Of a stretch of 64,000 bases of DNA, positions 42,867-59,189 are shown piece after piece (position 1 is the first letter of the stretch; each line of letters starts with the position of its first letter). The notes beneath the pieces are model-generated. The model saw nothing but the letters and a program-made list of their open reading frames with translations. It had not been told where the DNA came from and did not search any database. The stretch lies in NCBI RefSeq assembly GCF_009914755.1, contig NC_060930.1. One strand, 5' to 3'. This DNA comes from the human T2T-CHM13v2.0 reference genome, Homo sapiens. The translations under genes were made by a program, and so were the position numbers.

Positions 42867-43891
42867 AAGGAAGGCAAGTGGGTCAAAAGATAAAGAAATG
42901 GTGCATAGAGTAAATCACTGCGGTACTGTACTAGTCTTTCAAGTTTTCTACAGTCTCACAATTAAAAAAAAAAAGGTGGAGAAAAATTTTCCTGGAGAGA
43001 GAAACTAAACAACCAGAAGTTTCTGATGATTGAATTAAATCGTTTTTCAGTATGCCAAGCCTCTGAGCAGCTGGATTTTCCACACTTTAGTTTGTTGCCC
43101 TGGGGCCTCCCAGTCTTGCTTCCATAACTCAACAGAATTCTACCACCAATTGTTGAATCCAAAGTTTCGTTCCAAAGTCTCTGAAAGCAGAAACTGTGTT
43201 CCAGATACAGAGAATCAAAATGCGCTACTGAAGTCATCCAGAATATCAGTAGCCAAGACATGATCAGAGAGACCTATGAATCTAAGCCAGTTTTCTGATT
43301 TTTAAGCCAAATTGTTTATCTCCATTCAACACTCTCAATACTTGTATCTACAAACATATTGGACTAATGCAGAGAGCACATTTCCACACTGGAACAGTTG
43401 AATAGGGATGTGAAAACTCGAATATCTTTGCAACCTTCAAACAACACTTGACATTAAAAATCCATTTACAAATCCAGCTTTATGCTAAATATTGTGGTAA
43501 CATTCTTAAAGACCAGACCTCTTCATGTGGAAAATGATGTCCCAGTCTAAAGTTTTTTGAAAGGATTTGCTATGAAACTGATAATAATTTTATAGGTATT
43601 CATGTCTATACAATTACTAGGACTTTTTTTACACAGAATACCTAAGTTTCTCCTACCTTATTGAAGATTCTTATTAAAATACCACATATTAAAAAAGATA
43701 AAGTAACACAAAAAGTCACAAAAGAATTGAAGTTTACTTTTTTGCTTTATTTGGCCCAACACAGTGTCTTCTAGAAGTCCTTGTCATCACAAAAATATAA
43801 AGCTTCCTTTGGATATGCACTCCCCAACCTGAATTGTAAGCACTTTGAAGACAGTAATTAGGTCTTCCATCACACTTTAGATAATGTCCTA

Positions 43892-44193
43892 GGCCGGGCG
43901 CAGTGGCTCATGTGTATAATCCCAGCACTTTGGGAGTCTAAGACAGGAGGATCACTTGAGCTAAGACAGGAGGATCACTTGAGCCCCGGAGTTCAAGATC
44001 AGCTTCAGAAACATAGTGAGACCCCCATCTTTACAAAATTAAAAAAAAAAAAGCTGAGTATCGTGGTTTACACCTGTGGTGCCAGCTACTCGGGAGGCTG
44101 AGGTAGGGAGGTCAAGGCGGCAGTGAGCCATGGTCGCGCCACTGCACTCCACCCTGCACAACAGAGCAAGAGCCTGTCTCAAAGAAAAGAAAA
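43892..44193 (+). mobile_element. AluJ with internal 23-bp duplication and right-arm deletion
   Basis: CTAAGACAGGAGGATCACTTGAG twice, at 43938-43983. Confidence 0.9.
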
Positions 44194-44867
44194 CACACCA
44201 TGACGTCCTGCATATATCTGCCTCTCAGAGAACTGATTCACCGATTTCATCGTTTAAAACCAATGCAATACTTTCATTTTCATGAAAATGGAAGCAGGCT
44301 TTCATGAAAACAGGCTTCAAGTTCATGTTACACAAATCCTACAGAAATTGTGGACAAATGATCTGACATCCTCCTATAAAAGGATGAGAAGAAGCTGTGC
44401 CTCATGTAACTGATCATTTCTATGTATTAAGCCATATGAAATATCATGTCTTTGCTGAGCAGAGGCTACAATTAGAAAAGACCCGATCTAAAAGAATGCT
44501 CAAAGGTCATCAAGCATGATTACATTCTGCTGCACACTGTAAAATGCATCCAAGTGTAAAGGATTATTCAACAAATTATGAATGATTCATTCATGGCAGA
44601 TTTTTCATTAGAAGGTAATGTCTCCTTTCCCATAAAGTCAACATTATGATCCAGGATGCCATTTATTAGAACTTATGCTATTAAACAAGATATGAAAAGA
44701 GAATCTTCTTAAGTGTCTCACATCAGTTAAATTACCCTCCACCTGTTGGAAATAAGCACTGTGGTCAATGAAGGGAGAGGGATATGTAGTACATGTGTTA
44801 CAGGATTTGCAAGAGTTATGCTTATGTATATGTATACATGTACACAATTTTCATTACTGATCTTTCA

Positions 44868-46820
<1,953 letters not shown>

Positions 46821-49005
46821 AAAAAGTCAAATGAGATTTTAAAATATTTCCCAAGTGTTATCTGAGAGATCACTTTGAGAGAAGGAAAGCAAGCGGTGTT
46901 TGTCATGAGCTTCGTCCAAATCAGAGGCCTTGAGTGTTCGGAGGATCATCTAAACCCATGAAAAAAATCAGCTGGCAGGAGCCCATATGGGTCAAGATGG
47001 CTTCTGGAGATAGATAAAAGCGGATGTCTGAAGTAGACTCCCTACTTCCCAGCTGTAACTGGCAGTAGAGTAATCTTGCTAGGACCAAATATCCTTTGGT
47101 ACTGCATACATCAATAGCACTAGCTAAAAAGATTGATCTGAGTTATCCATTTATTTTAGAGTTTAAAATACACTCTCCACAGCATCTTTTTTCCACTGGG
47201 AATCCAGAGATGTTTTACTTCCCGTCTCTATAAAAAGCCGCCTCACAATTTACAGGGCCACTGCCCACTCTTCATACTTTAAAAGATATAGATAGGAATT
47301 CAGAAGAATAAGAATCCCTCCTTATTTGCAGATCAAATTTACCCTTCAGCAAACTTCATGGGCTGACACATTACCCTTGAGCAGGGGGTATAGATATACA
47401 ATCATTAAGAATAATCACCAAATATTTCAATTTACTTGATTTAACAAGCTTTTAAAATCCATTGCAAGGGGGTAAAATTTGATTAATAAACTGCAGGCCA
47501 CATAAGGATCTTGTACAAGGTGACTTATTTAACTGACTCCACAGAAAAGTCAACAAGCAATCCATTGATCACAACATGCAAACAATTCCTACTTGAGTGT
47601 CCCACTGGCTTAGCGGCAGATTTGGGTCTCAATTGCTGATCAATTTCTGCATTATGATTCTGGCATGAAACAGCTCTCTAGGAAAGGGACGACATCATAA
47701 AGATGTGTATAAGAGAAAGAAGATGGCTGAGCCCTGGCCTCACGGACTTTTTGTCACGCCCTTTTCAATCAGCTAGAATCCAATCTGATAATCATTTACT
47801 GTGTCTTAAGGGACGAGAGCACGTGTGTACATTAGATCCTGTATACGTTTACGCTGCACATTTAGATTGAGTGTGTACTGTGTGCCTGTCACTACCATAA
47901 GTCACTATGGGTTCAGAGATAAAACAAATAGCTCTATGTAAGGTGCTCACAGTCTAGACAGGCAGAGAATAGGAAATATAGAACAGCAATACACTGAAAT
48001 AAGTGAAATTGCAGAGATATGCACAGGCGTGAAAGTCATTTAGAGGGTGGAGAACATAGGGGAGTTTTGAGTTGACTGATGGAGCTGAAATATGGGCAAA
48101 TGTTGGAAAGGAATACTTTGCACCAGACTGCAAAGATCAAATAATAACAAATTCAGGGATGTGTGTTTTAGTCTGCTTATATTGCAGAGGGACTGAAGGA
48201 TTTTTAACTGAATGACAGCATCCATTCCAAACTTCATCAGACAACAGGATAGAAGGCAGAGTTTCAGCTCAGTGAAGTATGTTTTATCAAACTGTCCAGG
48301 ATGGTTTCTGAGTAACACATAAAAATGTAAATCACTGTGGGAAAGCAGCTGTAATTCACGATGACATAAAAACCACTTTAAATCATAAACACAAAGCAGG
48401 GAAAGAAAAAGCTTCTTAAAGTGGGAAGGGAGAGAAAGTGGGGCTTAAAATAGATAATGAAGAATGATTTTAAATCTTGTTATGCTGGCACGTAAATGGT
48501 TTTGCATCAGACAATTCTAGAGAAAGGTATGTGATTCCAAGTGGGAGTCATGTTCAGGATGAGATACCCAAGCAGTCTGACATATGCTTGCAGTCTACTA
48601 GGCGTAGGCTTTCGCCGAAGGGCCTAAGCCTAGGGGAGGCTTAATCACAGATCCCACGCTGTGGCCCTTTCCCTGCATCCTGGCCATGTGAACTATAGTA
48701 AAAGTGAAATTGTATGAGACTGCGAGAAAGACCTATGCATTTCCAAGCCAAGTCTCCCTCAGCAGGTGGGGAAAATTGGGGGGAAGGTACAGACCATGTC
48801 CCTGTAAAGGCTGCTCAGTAACTCCTATGCTCTGACCAGCTCTTGAGATGGTGTCAGAACCTGTTGATTTCCTTCTCCACTGCAGCTTGATTCATCCACA
48901 CTAATGCAGTTCTGCACGAACAACAGCCTCAAGATGGAATCCCAACACAGGTTCCAGGCTCCATCCTTTCTGGAGTCAGGTTTGAGGACAAGCCTTTTAC
49001 CTCTA

Positions 49006-49361
<356 letters not shown>

Positions 49362-49387
49362 TCAAATTTTAAAAATGAGTATGATTG

Positions 49388-49674
49388 GGCCGGGCGCAGT
49401 GGCTCACGCCTGTAATGCCAGCACTTTGGGAGGCCGAGGCGGGTGGATCATGAGGTCAGGAGATCAAGACCATCCTGGCTAACATGGTGAAACCCTGTCT
49501 CCACTAAAAAAAATTAGCCAGGCGTGGTGGCCAGCGCCAGTTGTCCCAGCTACTTGGGAGGCTGAGACAGGAGAATGGTTGTGAAGCCGGGAGGTGGAGC
49601 TTGCAGTGAGCCGAGAACGCGCCACTGCACTCCAGCCTGGGCTACAGAGCGAGACTCCATCTCAAAAAAAAAAA
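49388..49674 (+). mobile_element. AluY
   Basis: GAGATCAAGACCATCCTGGCTAAC and GAGCTTGCAG. TSD GAGTATGAT. Confidence 0.92.
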
Positions 49675-51264
49675 GAGTATGATCACATTAAAAAGAAGTA
49701 AACATTTCAGCTTAGAGCATACTACATTTTTAAAATTAAATGCTTCCCCTAGTTTTCAATATTATACATGAATGTATTTGCTTCATTTTTACAAACACAT
49801 GGCAGGTATACATGAAGCTGTGGCTGCTCAGTCAATGCCAAGCAAAAGGCCTGAAGTCCTAACCTTGAAATGCCCGATGATGAGTTAATAAAGTCAGCAA
49901 CATTAACATGTGCTCTTTTACAGCCAAATAACCAACCACAACCAAAAGAGTATTTAATATTTGCTTTCATTTATAAGGTAACCAGTGCATTACAAAAAAG
50001 TTAAAAAGCCTACGATTCTCTGAATAACTTGGAACTCCTATAAGCAACACTTGACAAATTAGCAACATGGGCGTGGAGGTGTCCTGGCCTTTGAACACGA
50101 AGATGATGATGTCTTCCTTGTCATGCTGCCAGTCTAGAGCACACATAGACTTGCGTTTCTAATTATGATAATAACTCATCTGGCCACATCCACAGATCAT
50201 CCCATTGCATTTGTGACCAACAGCACACACGTTCAAAATAGCTGGTTGAAATGAGGTATGCCTATTGGTTATGGAATAAGCACAGGGAAGTGAACTAATC
50301 AGATAGATATTATAGTAGTAAGTGAGGGTGAATTTCTACTTCAGAATAGATACCTTCAAAGATTTCCTTTAACAAGTTCTTGTGGATCCTGGTAGACCCA
50401 AAGAAAAAGCACACTTTTTCTTCTTAGAAAGGAAGTGAAGATACCTTATTAGTTATGAGAAAATATGACAGACTTTGTTCCAAAGCACTGCAGGAAGTGC
50501 TCGGTAATCCTGCAATTGGCACAAAGTCTACAGGGCTTTAAATCAAGGGGCCTCGGGATGATCAGGGAAAGGACTGTGAATAAGCTGCCAACCTGTGTTT
50601 TGCCTTGAAGGCTGGGCAGGGCTGTCAGGTACTCAGACATTTTCTCTCACCTCCAAACTCTTCCACACTCTGCTCTGGATGCTATAGACACAACTGTGCC
50701 AACTACTTTTCCCAAAATGTTTTGCCAGCTGGATTTGGTGAGCTGTCAACAGGAGGCAGGAATTCACAATGCAGGAGAAGAGGCAAGGGAACTTCCTTAT
50801 TCCTGTCTGCTTGCGGTTTGTGTCAGCAAAATCACATGAGCTCAAGTTCCCCAGCAGTGGCGCGCTGTCCCAGAAGCAGCTGTTTTTTCCCCTCCTCTGG
50901 CTTCTTTTGCCACTTCCAAGAACAGTTTATCTTGCCCCTCTAAGGAGCCAGTGGCAAGCGGGTCTTTAGGTAAGAAGCCTTGAAGGAAGGGAGAAGGGCT
51001 GCTTTCTCTGGGAGGGGAGAATCAGAGAGATTTGGAAATTCAAAATCAGCTTTGTCTGAATCTATTTAGATGACTCCAGTCTCAGGGTCCAATATCTTGC
51101 CAATCACTCTGACTTTCACACACAAGGCTGTTTGAAGGTTCTTGAACTTAATTGTAATTCTGTAACATTTTGGATGTTATTTTCTGCAACTCAGCCCTAT
51201 GACTAAGAGGGGAGAAAGTTATCATTATCTTTTTAGTTCTTCAGGCCAAAATAGAAGTTCTCTG

Positions 51265-51561
51265 TTTTGTTGTTGTTGTTCTTGTTGTTATTTCAGGTAG
51301 GGTCTTGCTCTGTCATCCAGACTGGAGCTCAGTGGCGAGACTGTGGCTCACTGCAGCCTCAACTTCTCAGGCTCCAGTGATCCTCCCACATCGACGAGTA
51401 ACTGGGACCACAAGCACACCCAGCTAATTTTTATATTTTTTTGCAGAGACAAGGTTTCACCCTGTTGCTAAGGCTGGTATGGAACTCCTGGGCTCAAGCA
51501 ATTCTCCTGCTTCATCCTCCCAAAGCATTGGGATTATAGGCGTGAGCCACTGTGCTTGGCC
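51265..51561 (-). mobile_element. AluJ with (TTG)n tail, inserted in the ERVL
   Basis: J-type antisense dimer. Confidence 0.9.
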
Positions 51562-53974
51562 CATTTATTTTTTATAAAAAGTATCCCGAGTTTATGATTT
51601 CCTATCACTAGACTTCTAGCCATTTAACCCCATAGTCCTTGTCATCATCATTTCTATCATCACAGGTAGGTATTGCAAGGACTTTCACCTAATAGGACAA
51701 CCATGAGCTGGAGTAAGGGAAACATACATTTCTGCTCAGGATTATCAGCTCTGAACTGCAACCAATTCATGGTAACTAAAACTCCATGTTGGTCACCAAA
51801 GTGGAGGCTTTTGGTGGTAAGGTGATAAATGGATGAGGCCCACGTCTATTTTACGGAGATTGCAGAAGGTTCAGAAATGCATCACTTGGTTATTTTTCTA
51901 GTTCCTGAATATGTAATTAGAACAGACATTTGCAGCAACTGGCAGAATTCCTGCATGTCTCTCTGCCCCCTGGTGTGAGCGATATTAAACCAGAGCCAGG
52001 AGGCTTCTAAAATATGACCTTCCTACCAGAGGATGTTAATATTGCTGGGGGAAGGGCAACGATTAATATCTCTGTCAAAGATTTGAAAAAGGCAAGTCTC
52101 ATCTACTTACTCCATACTCATTTAACTCACCTGTTTGGCCCATGCACAAAGCAGTTGGACTTAGAGAATAATTGTGAATTACCATAAATTTACTTAGCTT
52201 GTGATTGCAATTGCAGCTGCTCTTCCAGATATGATATTTTCACTGGAACAAATAAACACAGCTCCTGGCATCTGGCAGTTTACACCTTTTGATCAGGCAA
52301 ATTAATTCATAGCAACTTTCAAGGATCACCAAAAGCCATTTGCTTTTGCTTGGTCGGGTCCACATAGCACCTGCACTTTTCTCTGGGTGATGTCAACTCT
52401 CCTGCTCTTTGTCCTGACTACATTTGCAGAAATGTTGATCATGCTTACCTCAAACTAACTATACTGACAACATGTACCACACAGACCAGATGAACAGAAA
52501 ATAGCAAATACCTTAAATGTCTGAATAAGATGTATGCCAACCCGTGGAAAATAAAGCCCATGAAAATGTAGGCACCATCATTTTAGTGAAGTTCTTGGGG
52601 GTTGAATGCTTCCGAGCATGTGAGGATATACCCTCCAAGTTAAAAGGTGAGTTTCTGGAAATTGCAATGTGCTTACCACTAAAAAAGAAGGACAGTACTT
52701 GATGGGCCTCCTTGGGCTTATATGTCACTTGTACTGCTTTCACCCATTTATCAAGAAATGTGTAAGGCTACCAGTTTTGATTGGAGTCTTGGGCAAGAGA
52801 GGACTGCTGCAGATTCAGATGGCAGTGCAAGCTGCTTTGCCTTATGACAAGGGCCTTATGATCCAACAGATACAATTATATGTCAATGTCTATGACAAAC
52901 AGAGGTTCTGTTGTGGTTAGCTGCTGGGTCCTGATACAGACTAAACACCTCATTCTATGAACATAAAGAAACCATGTGGGGTGGCCATGATGAAGGGGAT
53001 GAGAGCTGGCCTGCTGCATCTCTGCTGGCTCAGCTCATACCTGTGGACTCCTAGGAGAGAGAATTTTGACCAAATCACATAGGAATGAAAAACCTCAGGC
53101 CTTATTTACAGATGAGCAGTACAATATACTGTCACTAAAACACTGGTTGATGCAGCATGTGGTTATTTACTTGGTCAAGATTGAGACAGAAGTATAGGAA
53201 ACAGTGATTATTTGGTGATCATTAGGGGTCTGGTTGGAAGGTAAGGGGCTTGGAAAGAATGGGATTAGAAGGCTGAAAACAAATTGTTCTTACTGAATCC
53301 TCAAAACTGAGTCTCCAGTGTGAAGATATCTGCACTCCATAGAAATGCTCTCTCAAGGGGGTTCACTGCAGAGGAGGCTGTCAGTAATCGGGCCAACAAG
53401 ACGACATGCCCTGTGAATGTCATGGAGCCTCTTTCCTCAGCCTCTCCTATTTACCAGATGAATCCTGTGGCAAAGACAGAGCTATGCTTGGGCAGCATAC
53501 AACCTCCTCTCGCCAAGGCTGATCTGCTACCAACACTCCTGTGTGCTCATCTCCTGCAGCAGTGAGTGCTCAGCATGGAACAGGGCACAGTTCTCCCAGA
53601 AGGGGCCTCTTAGGAGTGGGTTGATTACTTTGGACCCTTACATTATGCAGGAGGCAGCAAACGGTCCTCGCTGGAAAAGGCATTTATTTTGGGTATGGAT
53701 TCATCATTCCTGTCTGCCTTGTTTCTAGAAAAATCATTGTCCACAGGTTTATAGAATATCCTAGTCACGATATGGCACTCACACACATGCTTCAGAACAA
53801 TGAACTCATTTTGCTGCAAAGGAAGTATGGCAATGGGATCATGTCTGTTGATTTTTCTCATATTATCAAGTCTCCCAGAAGCAGCTGGGCTGATGGACTG
53901 CTGACTGACCTAGAAAAGCCTTAGTGGTGGTGTCAGTAGGTGACAACATTTGGATAGCCTGGGGCTCAATCTGT

Positions 53975-54020
<46 letters not shown>
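53975..54020. repeat. Perfect (TCTA)11 tetranucleotide STR
   Basis: 11 uninterrupted units plus TC. Confidence 0.95.
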
Positions 54021-54021
<1 letters not shown>

Positions 54022-55649
54022 CTGATATATATTTGAATTCTTATATATGCGCTGACCCAGCAACCAATATATGGTGCTGCTTCTCTCACTGCCAGAAAAC
54101 ACACCTGCAGAATCAACTGGATGATGTGGGAGTGGCTGCTTTCACTACTATATCTAATAACCCATTCACAGAATGTTTCATTCGTGTCTTCTCAGCTCTG
54201 GGCTCTGCTGGTTTAAATGTCTTCGTACCCAAGAGGGCAAGGTTTCCACCAGGAGAAACAAAAATAGTTAAAAAAAAAAAAAAAAGTTGAGACTGGTACT
54301 TGCCCATTTTGAGTTCCTTAAACACTGAAGTAACAAGAAAAAACGGGGGATACTATGTTGCCTGGGATGCTGGTCACAATTTCTAGGGAAAAACTGAATT
54401 GCTACTACACAGTAGTGAGGGAGAGAAATGGATCTCATTTACAGGGGAATTCCTGTGGCAGCTCATGGTATTTCCATGTCCAAAAGTACAAGTTAATGAA
54501 AACTATGGCAACCAATAAAGATTAAACTGTTGGGTATTTAGAGCTTTCAGGAATGAAGATTTGGGTCACATTATACAATGGGAAAAAAAGGCAACCTCCA
54601 AACAGATTATGGCTGAAGGAAAAGGTAATAGAAGAGGAACTGTAGAAAAGAGATGTTATAAACAAATATAAACTTATCAGTTATATGAATACAGTGTAAA
54701 TATAGGTATGTATATGGTAACTAATATTTCATTTCTTCTTTACCGCCACTAGTTACTTATATGTTTGTAATTTTGTGGTTAACTTTATCATTTAAGTTAT
54801 TCTTTAGGTTATAAGATTCTGTTGCAAGTAAGAAGAAACTACAAGAGAAATTAACATCTTTTAGACAAGGATAGTATGATGGTTGGAAATTGTGTCTTCC
54901 ATTGCTCAGGAGAGGCCAAGAGAGTGTTTGAACGAATAGTTATTTTTTATTAGGTATACCCATGGAGTATTTACTGTTATGAAAAGGAAGTTTGAGTATG
55001 TGCAAAGCAGTATATGTTCTGAAAAGATATGGTCAGTGTGGACCCAAAGGGTTGGTCAATATGAATTACTTAACTATTGTTTCTAACATCAAAACCCTCC
55101 ATTTGTATTCTATTCTCTAATGTTTTGACATTAAATTACTCAAAACTCTTAACAGCTAGTTTCTTGTTAGACTATACCGAGAGGAGGCACTAGAGGGAGA
55201 CTGGAAAACAAGAGGAAGGGAGAAGGGGCTTTTCTTCTTCCTGTTGAGTTGATTGCCCTGTAAGTATCACTCTGGCAGCAGCACACAACCCGAGCAACAA
55301 TTGCTTCTCCCAGAAGCAGCACTTAGTCCAAGCACCAGCTGTTGTTTCCAGCCTCTAGTTAGTTTTAAGCAAGGAGAACTAGCCTCATCATGCCATTTTG
55401 ATGATCCAAACCCAGCTCCGAGAAAAGTCCCATCTGTGAGCTTTCAGATTCTGACAAACCTACTCTCTTCCACTTCCTTTCACCAACACCAGGGCTGGTG
55501 GGAGCTTCTTACTGTTAGCATGTCTCAATTCCCTTAATATTTCATTTTTGCTTTTCAGTTTTCTAACTCTGTGTAATGAATTCTCTACTTAAAATTTCCT
55601 CTGCAAAAAACCAGTGGGATCTGTCTTTCCCTCGCTGGGAAAGGGACAG

Positions 55650-56270
55650 AGCAGGGTTTTAATCAGTGAGGTTGGGAGTTCACTACACTACATTAAGTAC
55701 AAAGTTGTAAAGAGCCTAAGCCAGGGATGAATAACAGCAGACATTAAGCAAGAAAAGCCCATTGAGCTGGAATCTGATTTGAAATGCAATTGAAAAGGGA
55801 GAAAATCAAAGATAACCGCAGGCTCTGTGGCTGGGTGAATGGAGTATGAACGTTGAGGTTGTGGGTGTGGCTGGGAGACATTGAATTTGAGGTGTCTGGG
55901 GAGCATAAAGATGAACATTTTCACAAGCAAGTGAGAACTGTCTAACATCCAAGAAAATGCCACGGGATTAAAAATAAAGACTTGAGGAGAATCTGCAGAT
56001 AAGTCTATTTCACTCTGAGGGAGTATAAGACAGCTGGATAGGAGAGTTTTGAGAAGGAAAAGGCAGACGCCAAGAAGTAACCTTCGGGACCATCCATGTT
56101 TCGGGTGCTGAGGAGCATGGCAAGTCAGCCAGAACAATTAATCAGGGTTAGTCATGGAAGAATGACTAAGAAGGAATGAAATCCCTCAGTCAAGTGTCAA
56201 AGAAGTCAGGGAAGTCTTAGAAAGTGGGAGCCTGGAGAGGAAGTCAGGGTCAGTGGTGCCAAATGCTTGC
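55650..56270 (-). mobile_element. L2 fragment
   Basis: GACATTGAATTTGAGGTGTCTGGG and GTGCCAAATGCT, typical of antisense L2. Confidence 0.65.
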
Positions 56271-58065
56271 ATAGGAAGCTCTGCCGGCATCAAGTACGAT
56301 TATTATAGAAAGTGAGGAATTCTCTCAAATGCCACCTTCCAACCTGCCAGCTGTCCTGTGGGAATGTGACACGTAGTCCTCAGTTCTGATTTAATAAGAA
56401 TGACACTAACAGTTAGCAAACATAGAAACGGGAAAAACGCTGCCAACATCGTGTAGCACATCCCTAAATACAGCCCATAGGGACTGTCTCCACATGCTTC
56501 AGAATCCAGCCCCGGAGCTCCACGAATAACTGCATGTGAGTCCACGGGCGGCACCACACCTCAGAGGGAGAAACACAGCCCCCCTTACATTCTCAAGGAG
56601 GCGCTGCTTTTGATCTTTTATTTTCCTTTGAGTTCTTCACTGGCGCAGAACTTTGTTCTATTTGATTGCAACATGTAAATATTATCATCATGTCTTCCTT
56701 TATTAGGGACAATATTTTTTTCCCTACAAAAGACTTGAGCTGAAAGACATAAAACACTGTTTCAGTTTCAGGAATTCTAGGGAGGATTAGAAGAAAGGGT
56801 TAGAACACGATTACCCCTGTGGAAATCTAGGGAAAAGATCCCATACCTATTTTCTTGTCTTTACCCACCCAACTACTCACAACCCGTCACTTATACACAA
56901 ACAAATAGTCACTGTGCAACACATCTTCTATTTCTGGTAACGTACCATGGCCAAAGTCATAAAAGGGTCAATTATTGAACCTGGTAGAGCTGGTGGCAAT
57001 TTTCAAACAGAGGCACAACTCACATTTAAAGATGATACATGGCAGGTACTCAATAAGTATTTGTTGAATGAAGGTGTAAATGGCTGTTTGATGGCTAAGA
57101 CATGTCTTGTCTAGGTTTGTGACTCCGTTACAGTTGGAGGGTGAATTGCTGTATTTAAAACGGGTAGAGAACTGTCAGAGATATTACCTGCTACGAAGAT
57201 CGTCAGATCTATTAGATATGGATGATGTTTCATTGCCAGAAACAGCTTCACCTAAAAATTAGCAGCCACAGAAGCAGGGCTTCTGTAGATTATGATGTCT
57301 AACAGATCAACTCCATATATGATACATGGTTGCAAATTTGAGCAACATAATAATATTTTTGGGTGCCTATTAACTGTTTTAACACTGTGAAAAAGCACAG
57401 TGGGAGATAAAGGAAGAAACAATGGCTGTGCTATATGCATGCTTATCACTGCAGAAACAAAGACCGAGACACAGAGTTCTCATTCTCATTCCCAATGGGA
57501 AGCAGCACTAAACACAGAGTTCTGCATGTGGACGTGCTATCAGGGCTTAGCCAGTGGTACCTGGTCATTTCTGAACTCATGAAATAGATGATGCATTAAT
57601 ATACTGAAATTTGTTTTTCTAAAGCCCTCAAGGATTGTTACTTATCCTTTAACCGTGGCTGCCTAAAACTGGCTTAATTGGTTTCGATTGATTTAACAAC
57701 CCTTCTTCACTTAGTTTATCGTTATTTAGGAAAAGGTCAAATTATGTGGTCATTGTTGCCATGGTTCATTTTGGAATAGCAAAGTCACACATTTTCACAA
57801 GTTTTCTCATTGACAAATTAAATAAATGTCCATTTTTAGCAAGGTTTCTCATTGTGAGGAGCCCCTCCTCTCCTCTAGGCTCCAAACCACATTTAATCCT
57901 CCTGCAGACCAGCTACCAAATGTTTATTTCTCCTGAGCTTTTGCAGCTACTCTTGGTCCACCTTGAGTTAAAATTAGAATTTCTCTGGATCTATCAAGAA
58001 ATATCTCTCTTCTATGCCCCAGTGTCTGTTCAACCAACAGTCTCCTCTTTTACTCTAATTCATTT

Positions 58066-58093
58066 TCCTGTTTGTTTGTTTGTTTGTTTGTTT
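58066..58093. repeat. (TTTG)n microsatellite
   Basis: Seen directly. Confidence 0.9.
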
Positions 58094-59189
58094 GCTTTTC
58101 CCTAGGAAGTATGAGCATTCCCTTGTTTAATATTTTCCTCATGTTACATTTTACACTTTCCCATGTTCTCTCACTGAACTGCACTTTGCATTTATTCAGT
58201 TAAATGTAGATTGCTTCCAGTACATACTGTGACATAACATGTTTAATAACTGAAATCCAGAACAGATATTATCTGCACCAATGTAGTGTCACATTCAATT
58301 ACAAGCTCCCAGTTCTTTTCCTTTTTACATTATTGATTTCTAAACCAATAAAATGGATACTTATTCAAAGCCAGAAGGATTTCAAGAAATATATTGAAAT
58401 AACTGTCAGATAATCTTGGTGAACTTTGTAACAAAATCAATTATACAATGTTCGTACCAAGTTGCAAAGGCAAGGCACGCTGCCGCTGTGACTACCTGCC
58501 TAATGCACTCAATGCCAAATGACTTTTCTCCCAGACACAACATGAAAAGCCTGTTACTCAAAAGGTGCTAGTCTACCAACTCAACTTTTGCTTTCCAAAT
58601 ATAATGCTTTTCATTGCTGTCTAGCAAAAAGGAGCTAAAGAGTGAGAAAGATGAGTTAAAAATGCAAACCAAAGGAAACTTAAAGACCCAAAGGTTCAAA
58701 AATCAGTAGGCATACTAAAATAACATTATTTCTCTTCTTTGCTATGTTTCTCTAGAAGTAGTGAAATAAGTGAGTACCTTATACCATAATTTCACATCCC
58801 AGGAATCAATGGCCAAGTATAGCCATAGAAAGAGTTGCGGTGAAAAAACTGAGGAATCAAATGAGAAAAGAAACATTGTAATAAAATGTGCATCGTTGAG
58901 TCATAGGGAAAATCTGCCTTCAAAACTTTTCCTAGAAATTATAAAAACTGCCCATTACTTTGAATAACACATTGTAATTTTAAAATACTTCACTACATAA
59001 AAAGGCAAATTAAAAGAATCCTTTGATTGTTCCATCCCTATGGAGCCTTATGAATCCCATAATCCTTGAGAGGTATCTTTACTGGCATACTTATAAATAC
59101 ACAATTAAAATATACAATGAAAATCCAGTAGGTATTCATCCCTTCACTTGCGGGACTCCAGCTATGGCAGTATGAGAGCTCTGTACTCC

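Larger units (their letters stand above)
50623..55640 (+). mobile_element. Decayed ERVL provirus: LTR33-like segments (about 50623-50940 and 55050-55640) flanking protease/RT/integrase remnants
   Basis: Protease-like segment at about 51740-51860. RT-like FNSPVWP..K and AIAAALPDMIFSLEQINTAPGIW at about 52120-52280. Integrase-like WVDYFGPL..YFGYGF at about 53615-53710. LTR motif GGCACTAGAGGGAGACTGGAA..GGAAGGGAGAAGGG. Confidence 0.8.

Noticed and set aside
42962-43261. 99-aa ORF with a good acceptor near 43181
   Set aside because: No convincing donor and no recognisable homology.
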